Of a stretch of DNA of 64,000 nucleotides, positions 48,111 through 58,236 are shown one piece after another. The stretch lies in IMG/VR virus record IMGVR_UViG_3300044675_005052. One strand, 5' to 3'. The notes beneath the pieces are model-generated. The model saw only the letters and a program-made list of their open reading frames with translations. It ran no database searches and was not told the DNA's origin. The stretch is from a virus. Its lineage: Duplodnaviria > Caudoviricetes. How positions within the stretch are numbered: position 1 is the stretch's first letter; every line of letters starts with the position of its first letter. Position numbers and translations under genes: made by a program.

Positions 48111-48118
48111 TATTTATT
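48111..48118 (+). promoter_or_regulatory. Putative late promoter motif TATTTATT
   Basis: 13 nt upstream of the 1762-aa gene. Confidence 0.55.
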
Positions 48119-48131
48119 AAAAAAGATTATT

Positions 48132-51100
48132 ATGTCCAATTCATTTAGAATACGTACTGAGCCTGGTGTTGACAAATCACTTAACGTCTTGATAGACCAA
48201 GAATTTGAGTATTTAGAAATACTATCTCTAAAATTATTACAAAGTCAAATATATACTAGACAATGCTCTGATTACGGGGTAATTGTTGGTAGGGTAAGTG
48301 TGAACAATGGTTTTGGTATTCCAAATGCTAAAGTTTCTGTGTTTATACCTTTAGACACAAATGACGAACTTAATCCTGTTACTTCTGATTTATATCCGTA
48401 TAAAACATTAACAGATTTAAATGAAGATGGTTATAGATATAATCTACTACCATATGTTAAATCTCATAGTGGACATAATCCAACAGGAACTTTTTTTAAT
48501 CGGAAGGATGTTTTAACCGACCCAACTTTAATACAGGTATACGATAAATACTACAAATACTCTACTGTAACAAACTCTAGCGGTGACTATATGATTTTTG
48601 GTGTACCAACCGGAAGTCAAACAGTTGTTGTTGATATTGACTTATCAGATATTGGGGAATTTTCATTATCACCTCAAGATTTAATTAGAATGGGTCTTGC
48701 AACACCAACTCAAGTTGCTGGTATAAATTTCAAAGCATCATCAAATTTAAATTCGTTACCTCAAATTATTAATTTTAATAGAACTATTGAGGTTGAGCCG
48801 TTATGGGGTCAACCTGAAATATGTAATTTGGGTATAACAAGAACTGATTTTGATTTATCTAAAGAATCCGGTATTGATATTAGACCAACATCCATCTTTA
48901 TGGGTTCGATTGTTTCAAGTAACGATGACGAAGCCCTTCCGAGAAATTGTAAACCCCGACTTAAATCCGGTTCACAATGTACTTTAGTAACCGGCCCGGG
49001 AGAAATATTAGCAATAAGACAAACTATTTTTTTAGATGCTCAGGGTAAACCAATTTTAGAGACAGTGGATTTAGAAGAAGGTGGTCAAGTTATTGATGAT
49101 AATGGTGCGTGGTTAGTAGATGTCCCAATGAATTTAGATTATTTAATAACTAATGAGTTTGGGGAACAAGTTATATCTGATGACCCTAAAAAAGGTATCC
49201 CGACTAAAGGTAAATACCGATTCAAAGTTAAATGGAATCAATCACCATCAATATCAGAACCTGTTAGAAGAGGGTATTTTTTAGTACCAAATGTTAAAGA
49301 ACACGGTTGGACAACTAGTGGTTCAAACCCAAACGCAACACTTCAAAAGAAGTCATATGCGTTTAGTTTAGATTGGGATGATTATGTTGATTTTCAATCG
49401 GCAATAGATTGTACAGATACGTTTTATTTAATGCAATATAATAAAGTTTATACTGTATCTCAATTAGTTGACCAATATAGAAAAGGGTATTTAAATACAC
49501 AATTTATTGGTATTAAAAATATTATTGATGATTCTTGTGAAAGTGAGAACAATAAATTTCCAACAAATGATGGTGTTTTTAGGTTTGACTTAATTTATTT
49601 TTTATTTTGGATAATGTTGTTTTTATTCAGACCTGTTTTTATCTCATTAATACCTGTTATTCATATTCTTTGGTTTGTTCTTAAAGTTATAGGAATAATA
49701 TTAGTCGTTATTCTTTATCCTTTAATACTTCTTGTTGGGTTTATTTGTGCGGCTATTTTAAAACCACTTTTAGGTATTCTTGGGGCATTGCCGATAATTG
49801 GTAGACGATTTAGAAAATTAAGAGACAAAATGAATTGTCCTGGTATATCAGACGCTAATCGTTTGGCAAAACAAATTCTTGAATTTCCTGATAAGTTAAA
49901 AAATATTAAAATACCAAATTTATCTTATCCGGAGTGTTCATTTTGTGATTGTGGTGATAATGGAGATTTACCTAAAGATGAACCTGATGTAGAACAATTA
50001 GAAATAGACGCGCCAGACGAATCTCTTCCTGAAGGGGCTGGTTCATCATTATTAACCCCATTTGAAATCGCCTCACAATATAAGATTAATAGATTAAATA
50101 ATGGAACACCCGGACCACCACCTGTACCCGGTGTTAACACAGGTGATTCTGTTTATCAAAATTTATTTGCGGGAGATGGTTTGGGTAATGCTGACAATGC
50201 GTCATTTACACCCTCAACAAGAGTTCCTACTTCAGTTATATCAACAAATGATGACGAAGACCCTGCATTATCTGCGGATAATCCTGAATATTTATATTTT
50301 TCATCGAGTTTAACTGTATCTGAAAGATTAAATTTGTTTAATACTAAAGGAAAATATTTTAATGAAAGTGGTGATAATCCTGGTGGGGGGGTTAATAGAA
50401 TTAAAGTAACATTTCAACCGGATTTAAATCCTCCGACACCAACAACTAATTTTCATTATGATAATGTGGTTGCGATAGTATGTACTCAAAGTGCAACAAA
50501 TTTAGAAGCGGGTACTATGTTATCTTTTCAAGATTTTACTCTATCAAAAGATAAAAATGTTATTAATACCGGAACTACATTAAATGAGTATGGTACAAAT
50601 ACCATTACAGGTACGACAATAAATAGTGGGTCAACAACTAATCCCGGAACAATTTCGATTACTTATGCAAATCCTGATGGTACTTCAGGTAATCAATCTG
50701 TATCATATCAAATTGTTACTTTTTCAGGTGACCCTCGATATGCTAGATTCCCTATGGATGTTGAATATTTTCAAGTTATTACAGGTATGACTTATGCTCA
50801 ATATAGTGGAATGTGTAATACTAGTACGGCTTCATTACCTAATGATTGGAACAGCAATAATTCATTTTATAATAGGTTTTTAAATAACGATATGAGATTT
50901 TATCGTGTAAGCCAACCTCAAGAATTTGCGTTTCCTTGTAATCCACACTTGTCTTGGTCAACAATAGAAAGATATTTTTCACCTATAGATTATTATAAAT
51001 CAATGGATAAACAGAAAGTTATTTTCTTGGTTAGAGGTGTTGACCCTAATTCAAGTAGAACTAAAGTTCAATATGATTTAAGTCGATTATTTGGTTATAA

Positions 51101-53420
51101 TTTTGGTAATTCATCAACAATAGTAATGGGTGAAAAATATAAATTAAATTACCCAATTCAAGGTACTTTAAATTGTGTTAATCATATTACTAATAGTAAT
51201 TTAACATCTGATTTTTATTTTAATTCGTTTCGTTTTCTACCATCTATAACACCACCTAACCCATTATTTGAAACATTTGGTTTTAGTGCTTTCTCGAGTA
51301 ATTTACATACGTATTATTCTAATTTAGATACAACAAACGGTGGTTTTACTCCGGTAAATGGACTTCCTACATTATCATCCGTGACATCACCATCATCTAC
51401 AGTGTCTAAAGTGGTTAACCAATATACGAATGATGATAACCCACCATTTCCTTATCAAGAAGGAACGCGTGGTTGGAATGGGTTTATTATGGAGTGGGAC
51501 ATTCAGTATACTTATGACATACAGTGTATAGTATTTAGTGTTCCTTATAATAGAAGAGCGGGAACATACAACGTTTCTCCTAATGATAATAGAGGTTATT
51601 ATTTAGGTGAGATAGTTGAAGGTGGTACTATGTTTTATCAGAGATTAGATATAAATCAAACTACTGGAAGTAACCCATTTTCAGTTGAAGGTATTTATTA
51701 CGCGCCAAAATATCCAAGTACGGCGGTTTTAAATTTTGATTTAACTAGTGTTAATCAACGTAAAATAGTGATGAGGTCTGATAGATTACCAACATCAACA
51801 GTTGTACAAAATAATTTAGGTAATAGTTTCCCTTTACACACAAACACTAATTTTGCAATTTTTGTTGTAACTGATGATGGTGCAACTATTAATCAAAGTG
51901 TTGGTGGTACGGGGTCATCAAATGTATTTGTGGGAGAAGCGGGGGCTTTTGCACCTGAACCAATAGTTGGTCCGGATGCTGAACCAGAACTTGTTAATCA
52001 AATTTTAAAGTCATTTAATTGTGGTGATATGGCACCGTTAGGGTGTTATTATAGTGAAGAAATTGGTGGAAAAAATAATTTAAGAATATATGATAAAGGA
52101 AATTCTTGTTGGAGTTTTGGTGGTGGTAAAGTTAAGTTTGATGGTGGTTGTTACATATTAATTACTCAACCAATACTTTCTTTATTATCAGGTCAAGATT
52201 TTCAAGTAGTGTTTGAATGGACAAATAGGATTCAAGTAATGTTTGGTGCATGTAGAAATGTATTTTCTCATTTATTTACGAACAATTGGATTAATGGAGT
52301 TCTTTACACTTTTTCATTTTCTAATGATATTGTTTTCAATAGTCAAAATCGACCTGTGAGTAGAATTTGTAGTGAAAATATTTATTTTGACCAAGACACT
52401 AATAATTTTTATTATAGAAGTAGTCCTTGGAATGATAGTATTTCTGAATTTATTGGTATGGATAGACCTCGTCCTGCTTCAGTTATAGAAGGTATATTTG
52501 GTGGTTATGGTGGTAATTTAAAAAATTTAAAATATCCAACAACTATCATGGATTTAGGACCAAGAAACTTATATATACAAGAATTGGTTATGTCTGATGA
52601 TTTTGATGGGTATGTTATGAATAGGTTAAATACGTCAAGTTATGGTGATGTTTCTGAATTATTAAATCTTTTAATTATTACAAGATTAGCTAGTCCCGGA
52701 TTTTTGCAAAAAATTGGGTTAAATAATACTGGTATCCTATCATTTTTCAGTAGAACTAAACTTATGATTGATGGTGATTATGCTCAAATGATTGCTATTA
52801 ATTCTGAATTATCGGTGGCGCCGTTCCAATCATTAAATTATCCTGACAATCCTGCTGGACAACAAAACCCAATATATTATAACCCGTCAAGTGATATTAA
52901 TAAGGTGGTGTTTGGTGTTTTCTTTTCTTCAGATACTCAAACGCGAGATTTTATATCACCAAAAAGAACGATTATTGACCCTGATGGGATTGCGAATCAA
53001 CCGTGTACTTTTAGTTATTTTTCGGTATTCACTCAAACGGTTCCATTTTATCAATGGAATATAAAACCAGATGACACCAATAGTATTTTTGGGTCTCAAA
53101 AAAATGGGTGGTATACTAACCCAATAAACAACCCAGCATTTTTTAATTATCCTTATCAATTGTTAGACAGAACTGAACCTTCATCAAGATATATGAGAAC
53201 ATCTCAAAGTCCTGAAAACAAATACTTTAAAGGTTATATTTATTCTGTTTATCCTGATGGAACATTAAATCCGGAGTTTAACTCTATTGAATCAAATTCA
53301 TATGATGACAGATTGTTTAATACCGGAGCTCCGTTTTATTTTTATTTTGGATTGAAAAAAGGTAAATCGGCATTTGATAGATTCACAACTAAATGGTTAG
53401 ATACAACAACAACATTATAA
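48132..53420 (+). CDS. Very large virion/baseplate-associated protein with an N-terminal Ig-like (carboxypeptidase-regulatory-like) domain and a long hydrophobic segment
   Basis: VIVGRV..NNGFGIPNAKVSVFIP; hydrophobic run near residues 485-556; late motif upstream. Confidence 0.55.
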   Translation: MSNSFRIRTEPGVDKSLNVLIDQEFEYLEILSLKLLQSQIYTRQCSDYGVIVGRVSVNNGFGIPNAKVSVFIPLDTNDELNPVTSDLYPYKTLTDLNEDGYRYNLLPYVKSHSGHNPTGTFFNRKDVLTDPTLIQVYDKYYKYSTVTNSSGDYMIFGVPTGSQTVVVDIDLSDIGEFSLSPQDLIRMGLATPTQVAGINFKASSNLNSLPQIINFNRTIEVEPLWGQPEICNLGITRTDFDLSKESGIDIRPTSIFMGSIVSSNDDEALPRNCKPRLKSGSQCTLVTGPGEILAIRQTIFLDAQGKPILETVDLEEGGQVIDDNGAWLVDVPMNLDYLITNEFGEQVISDDPKKGIPTKGKYRFKVKWNQSPSISEPVRRGYFLVPNVKEHGWTTSGSNPNATLQKKSYAFSLDWDDYVDFQSAIDCTDTFYLMQYNKVYTVSQLVDQYRKGYLNTQFIGIKNIIDDSCESENNKFPTNDGVFRFDLIYFLFWIMLFLFRPVFISLIPVIHILWFVLKVIGIILVVILYPLILLVGFICAAILKPLLGILGALPIIGRRFRKLRDKMNCPGISDANRLAKQILEFPDKLKNIKIPNLSYPECSFCDCGDNGDLPKDEPDVEQLEIDAPDESLPEGAGSSLLTPFEIASQYKINRLNNGTPGPPPVPGVNTGDSVYQNLFAGDGLGNADNASFTPSTRVPTSVISTNDDEDPALSADNPEYLYFSSSLTVSERLNLFNTKGKYFNESGDNPGGGVNRIKVTFQPDLNPPTPTTNFHYDNVVAIVCTQSATNLEAGTMLSFQDFTLSKDKNVINTGTTLNEYGTNTITGTTINSGSTTNPGTISITYANPDGTSGNQSVSYQIVTFSGDPRYARFPMDVEYFQVITGMTYAQYSGMCNTSTASLPNDWNSNNSFYNRFLNNDMRFYRVSQPQEFAFPCNPHLSWSTIERYFSPIDYYKSMDKQKVIFLVRGVDPNSSRTKVQYDLSRLFGYNFGNSSTIVMGEKYKLNYPIQGTLNCVNHITNSNLTSDFYFNSFRFLPSITPPNPLFETFGFSAFSSNLHTYYSNLDTTNGGFTPVNGLPTLSSVTSPSSTVSKVVNQYTNDDNPPFPYQEGTRGWNGFIMEWDIQYTYDIQCIVFSVPYNRRAGTYNVSPNDNRGYYLGEIVEGGTMFYQRLDINQTTGSNPFSVEGIYYAPKYPSTAVLNFDLTSVNQRKIVMRSDRLPTSTVVQNNLGNSFPLHTNTNFAIFVVTDDGATINQSVGGTGSSNVFVGEAGAFAPEPIVGPDAEPELVNQILKSFNCGDMAPLGCYYSEEIGGKNNLRIYDKGNSCWSFGGGKVKFDGGCYILITQPILSLLSGQDFQVVFEWTNRIQVMFGACRNVFSHLFTNNWINGVLYTFSFSNDIVFNSQNRPVSRICSENIYFDQDTNNFYYRSSPWNDSISEFIGMDRPRPASVIEGIFGGYGGNLKNLKYPTTIMDLGPRNLYIQELVMSDDFDGYVMNRLNTSSYGDVSELLNLLIITRLASPGFLQKIGLNNTGILSFFSRTKLMIDGDYAQMIAINSELSVAPFQSLNYPDNPAGQQNPIYYNPSSDINKVVFGVFFSSDTQTRDFISPKRTIIDPDGIANQPCTFSYFSVFTQTVPFYQWNIKPDDTNSIFGSQKNGWYTNPINNPAFFNYPYQLLDRTEPSSRYMRTSQSPENKYFKGYIYSVYPDGTLNPEFNSIESNSYDDRLFNTGAPFYFYFGLKKGKSAFDRFTTKWLDTTTTL

Positions 53421-53421
53421 T

Positions 53422-55290
53422 ATGGGAAATAGAATTGATACTAGAGTAATTTTAGGTTCTTTACGATATAAATCGGCACCAGACACCAATCTGATGTTCA
53501 ATGTTCCTTTAGTTCAAACCGCTCAAATAAATGTTGAATTTGATAGGAATATTGATGTTAGTTTGGAACAAGTGTTTGATGATGAAAGACAAAAATCTGA
53601 TATATTTAGACCTACCTGTAAATTTTCATTATTATTTAATAATTCATATACAGGTAGTACGGATTACATACCATTTGAAAATAATCTGTATTATGTTAAT
53701 GAAGCTCAAGCGGCGGCGAATAATTGTACCCCAACTGGTATAAATCCAAGTGTTATTTGGTCAGGATTTCCACAATATAATGAATTTGATTTTATTAGAA
53801 CTGATTACAATGTTCCGGGTTATACTCAACCACCATATAATCATTTGACTTTTGTAAGCAAAAGTGCTTCAACATATAATTGGACGCATTATGTTAGTTA
53901 TCCATTTGAAAATGATTATCAAAAACAATTAAATGCTATTATTAAAATACCATCAATTTCAAACGCAGTTACATTAGATTGGGTCGCTTCAGACGGGATT
54001 CCTTTTGTGGTTGAAAATGATGATACAACTGTATATAACGGAAGAGGGATTATTAAATGTATATGTCCGATGAAACATGGATTAACACCGGGAGAGTTTG
54101 TTAAATTAAATTTTAACTACAATGGGGTTGATACTTTTGAAGTATATAGTTTAGGTGATGGGAAATACGAAAGTGACTTATATATTTTTAACATTTTTAA
54201 TGTTGGGTTTACAGGAACAACATTTACTACCGGAACAGAAGGGACTTTTAAACGAATTATAAATAGTGATAACCCAAGTGATACTATCTCAACATATTAT
54301 GTTAGAAGACATAAAATTTTAACAAACCCTGATAATGCGATTTTAGTAAATGCGGGATTTGACCAAAATATTTTTGGTGTTAAGAAAAAATATGAAAGTA
54401 GTGGTTTTACACCTAACAGAATTGCTAGAGTTTCTATAAAGGAAGGTTCTCAATCTTACACATTATCATTTGATAAGGATATTAGAATTAATGATTTAAT
54501 TGATAATCAAAAAAGACCATTAACTGAATTGTTTTTTACAACAATTTGGAAAGGTTATTTTGGTTATACGTTTGGTAGGTTAATTGGGCCGGGATTGGGT
54601 TATCAGGGTATGAAATTTGGTTATGATTTTAATTTACCTTTAAATCCCCAAACTAAATTACCCTCATATTGGTGGAGTGAAATAAATAATTTGTCGGACA
54701 CAAATATCCCAATAGATACCTATGTGAATACAACGTTAGGTCCACCACCAAGCAACGCACCGTTGGGAATATATAATGGAGTACCAATAGTTTTCACATA
54801 TAATAGGTCTTTAAAGGAAGGTGATACGTTAGATGGTGATTATTGTGAGTGGAATAATTTTGAACAAACAGAAAGAGTTATATCTAATTTATATCATAAG
54901 ATAACGTATAACGCAAAAGTATTTAATATTGGAAGACCAACTAGTTCAACAGGTTATCGTATGTCTTTGGACAATCCTTACGGGTATTATTATCAACCAC
55001 ATAATAGTTTAACTATTAGACAATTCTCAGATTACATTGAGGAGGGAGATAAGAAAAATGTGGTGGATGTTCCTAATTATGCGTATTACTCTCCAAGTAA
55101 AGATACTTTTTTATGGAAGGATTTATATAGTTACGGATTTATTGACTCTAATAATATTGGGGTTAATTATCCATTTTTAAATGGGTCTCATTACCCTTAT
55201 ACAAATATTATTTTTAGAATAATACCTGAAGGTACTAATTATAATGAACAGATAATAACTGCAGAACCAATAATAGACGATTGTGAGTAA
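53422..55290 (+). CDS. Putative structural protein
   Basis: 622-aa ORF, tightly packed in the baseplate operon. Confidence 0.6.
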   Translation: MGNRIDTRVILGSLRYKSAPDTNLMFNVPLVQTAQINVEFDRNIDVSLEQVFDDERQKSDIFRPTCKFSLLFNNSYTGSTDYIPFENNLYYVNEAQAAANNCTPTGINPSVIWSGFPQYNEFDFIRTDYNVPGYTQPPYNHLTFVSKSASTYNWTHYVSYPFENDYQKQLNAIIKIPSISNAVTLDWVASDGIPFVVENDDTTVYNGRGIIKCICPMKHGLTPGEFVKLNFNYNGVDTFEVYSLGDGKYESDLYIFNIFNVGFTGTTFTTGTEGTFKRIINSDNPSDTISTYYVRRHKILTNPDNAILVNAGFDQNIFGVKKKYESSGFTPNRIARVSIKEGSQSYTLSFDKDIRINDLIDNQKRPLTELFFTTIWKGYFGYTFGRLIGPGLGYQGMKFGYDFNLPLNPQTKLPSYWWSEINNLSDTNIPIDTYVNTTLGPPPSNAPLGIYNGVPIVFTYNRSLKEGDTLDGDYCEWNNFEQTERVISNLYHKITYNAKVFNIGRPTSSTGYRMSLDNPYGYYYQPHNSLTIRQFSDYIEEGDKKNVVDVPNYAYYSPSKDTFLWKDLYSYGFIDSNNIGVNYPFLNGSHYPYTNIIFRIIPEGTNYNEQIITAEPIIDDCE

Positions 55291-56083
55291 TAAATTTAGA
55301 TTTGTAATCCCAAATGATGAACAGTACATTCTTTTACCGATTGAACTGAAGTGGGATATGTATGGACAAGAAGATAGTATTGAACTTTATGAGGAAGATG
55401 TTATCAAGGATATCATTGGTGTTGCTGAAGATTTTGAGTTATTGAGATTTTCACATAAACCATATGATAATGATACAAAAACAGATGTTAAGTATGATTT
55501 TCATTTCTATAGTGGTAATGTTAATAATGTTACGACCGCAACAAGTAATGATTGGGTGACTAGTTATTTACCTGAAGGATTTGATAAGAGTGAAATATAT
55601 TATTATGAAAAACCTTTTACCAAATCATTCTTTAAATTGGATTTTTATGATACAATGGATGGTAAATCCCAAACTAATTATTTCACAATAATTATCCCCG
55701 TTCAACAGGGGTTTACGGAATTGGTTACATTATCTCCTTACATTCCGGATGTTTTAATTAAACGTCCATCCTACAAATTAGATTTTGTTGGTGATAAGGA
55801 AGGGTTTTTCATTTATTGGTTAAAAAATATTAAGTTTTATGATTTAACTACTTTTTATATGAGTGCTAAATTTTTTGATGGTAAATTAGGTGTGTTTGTT
55901 AAAATGATGAAAGTACCTCAAATTCCTCCAACAATACCAAGTGCTTTTCAATTTGAGTCGAAGTATTTTTATTATAAAGTTAATTTAAATTATGTTAACA
56001 AAACCTATGAAATCTTGGATGATTCAGGTAATAGGGCAGGAACGACTAGTTCCATAAAATGGTATGAATATATTAATCCATAA
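55283..56083 (+). CDS. Putative structural protein (GTG start)
   Basis: 266-aa ORF overlapping neighbours at both ends. Confidence 0.6.
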   Translation: MSNKFRFVIPNDEQYILLPIELKWDMYGQEDSIELYEEDVIKDIIGVAEDFELLRFSHKPYDNDTKTDVKYDFHFYSGNVNNVTTATSNDWVTSYLPEGFDKSEIYYYEKPFTKSFFKLDFYDTMDGKSQTNYFTIIIPVQQGFTELVTLSPYIPDVLIKRPSYKLDFVGDKEGFFIYWLKNIKFYDLTTFYMSAKFFDGKLGVFVKMMKVPQIPPTIPSAFQFESKYFYYKVNLNYVNKTYEILDDSGNRAGTTSSIKWYEYINP

Positions 56084-57309
56084 TGAGTGCAAACACCTAT
56101 CGTATAAGAATATCACCTGAAGTTATAAACGGGGATATTTTTAAAATTAATTATATCGGTGACCCATATCTTGAAGAACAAAAAATTCCTTTTTGTTGTG
56201 ACATATATACTAGAGAAGTGACCAAATATATTGATGGGTCTGCTTATGTATATTCATCAATGACTCAAATATTAACAGGTGCTACGGGAACAACAGCGAC
56301 TTCTAATATTTCAAAAGCAACACTCAAACGAGGCACATCATTATTAACCGGAATGACTATTCCAATATTAATAACTGAAAATACCGTGGACGTTGGGTAT
56401 TATTCTGTATTTGATGGTATGATTATCCAACAAGAAGTTATGACTAACTTTTTATTTTCGGCCAATACTTTATCAGCATATACTTACAATTTTTATAATA
56501 CTTCTGATGTTGAGTTTAAAAAATATTTAGAATTTTCGTCTTATGAAATAGATTGGGGTGATGGTACACCAAAACAAACAGTTACAAATGTCAGTCCTAA
56601 TTTTTATTCACATCCATACTCACAATCCGGTGAATTTACGATTAGTATGTCAGGTATGAGTCCGTGGGGTTCTAATGTAGTGAAGAAAACGGTCACAGTA
56701 CCATTTACTAACGCAACTATATTAGACCCAAAAGGTACAACTTGTTTTACTCCTATGGGCGGTAGTTGGTCGGCAACACCAATTTGTTATGACTTTATTT
56801 ATAGTGGTGATGCGAGTTGTGAAACTTATCAAAGTGGTGTTAATCCTTATTTAACCGTACCATTAGTTGTTAGTGGATACACTCAATCAACGGTATCAGA
56901 TTTAAGGGTTTATGGTAAAAAACAAGATTTAGATGACGGGTATTATAAGGTTGGTGTTCAGATAACAGGTACTACAGGTGTTGTCGGGACATATTGGGGT
57001 GGAAGTGCAAACGGTAATCAATTATACACCGGGTATACAATAAATGGTGTTGATTACTATGATTTTAGTGATGGTACAACCGTCTTTGTAGTTAGTGGTG
57101 TAACACAAATAGATACGGTATGTGAACCAATTGTAAAAAATGAAGCATTATTAAATGTAATTGATGAGCCAGAAGTTCAATCCAATGTATTTATAGAGAG
57201 AGGAAAAGTTTCCGGATTTGAATCAATGGAAAGATTGGGAGAAGTGGATAATTTAGGTGACCTTGAAAAATATGGTTATAAATATTTCAACATAATAAAA
57301 ATAGATTAA
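56083..57309 (+). CDS. Putative structural protein with a PKD-like Ig domain
   Basis: YEIDWGDGT...HPYSQSGEFTISMSG. Confidence 0.6.
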   Translation: MSANTYRIRISPEVINGDIFKINYIGDPYLEEQKIPFCCDIYTREVTKYIDGSAYVYSSMTQILTGATGTTATSNISKATLKRGTSLLTGMTIPILITENTVDVGYYSVFDGMIIQQEVMTNFLFSANTLSAYTYNFYNTSDVEFKKYLEFSSYEIDWGDGTPKQTVTNVSPNFYSHPYSQSGEFTISMSGMSPWGSNVVKKTVTVPFTNATILDPKGTTCFTPMGGSWSATPICYDFIYSGDASCETYQSGVNPYLTVPLVVSGYTQSTVSDLRVYGKKQDLDDGYYKVGVQITGTTGVVGTYWGGSANGNQLYTGYTINGVDYYDFSDGTTVFVVSGVTQIDTVCEPIVKNEALLNVIDEPEVQSNVFIERGKVSGFESMERLGEVDNLGDLEKYGYKYFNIIKID

Positions 57310-57318
57310 AATAATAAT

Positions 57319-58236
57319 ATGGCAACAGGAACATATGGAACGATAAGACCGGCAGATGTATCACCGGAGGATGTAGACATCATTCTTAATTATACACCAT
57401 CAAGAGATGAAACAGATAATTTTGTATTAACAAAGTTAGATGCGGTATCTATATTGAGACCTTATTTTAATAATTCACAGACAAATCCTTCAAGTCCTAA
57501 CCCTAATGTTGAAATATTAGGTGGATTGTACAATTTAAGATTGCCAGCGGAACAATTTAACCAATTAGGTATCTATACCTTATACATAAGACCTGCGGAG
57601 ATTAGAACGAGTATATTAGATTGTGGTGTGTTATCATCATTACCTAACGTAAAAGGACTTGTTATTGATTTGAATGATGTTCCAAGTCAATTTAGAAATA
57701 AATTTGTGAATCAAGGTTTGGTTGGTTTTAGAATTGAGTATTTAAACTCTGATGGGACAAAAATACCTAATTTCTTTAGAATTGTAACATCATCATTCTT
57801 TTGTGAACCGGTTGTTCAAAATTTAACAAATACGTCACAAAAAGCAATTAGATATAGATATACTGATAACAATACAAATCTAATCTTTTGTACGGTTTCT
57901 CCGTCGTCATCTCCGACAAACAAACCAAATGCTACACCATATATTGGGCAGCCAAATCAAACTATAATAATGTCGAATACCTTCTTTAATCCTATAACAC
58001 TTGATATAGAGATTGCGGACCAAGATTTCTCAACATTGGCGATTGCTCTTTATGGTAATCAAACTAAATCTATGGATGATGGTATTTACACTATTTACGA
58101 CGCAAATAACAACATTTACCAACAATATAACTTATACGAAATTAGAGACCAATTTAATACGTTATTATACGAAGTTAGACAAAATAGAGGTGATAATATT
58201 GATTTTAGTAAAAACTTTACAAACATAACTGAATAA
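57319..58236 (+). CDS. Putative structural protein
   Basis: 305-aa ORF in the operon; TAATG overlap with the next gene. Confidence 0.6.
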   Translation: MATGTYGTIRPADVSPEDVDIILNYTPSRDETDNFVLTKLDAVSILRPYFNNSQTNPSSPNPNVEILGGLYNLRLPAEQFNQLGIYTLYIRPAEIRTSILDCGVLSSLPNVKGLVIDLNDVPSQFRNKFVNQGLVGFRIEYLNSDGTKIPNFFRIVTSSFFCEPVVQNLTNTSQKAIRYRYTDNNTNLIFCTVSPSSSPTNKPNATPYIGQPNQTIIMSNTFFNPITLDIEIADQDFSTLAIALYGNQTKSMDDGIYTIYDANNNIYQQYNLYEIRDQFNTLLYEVRQNRGDNIDFSKNFTNITE

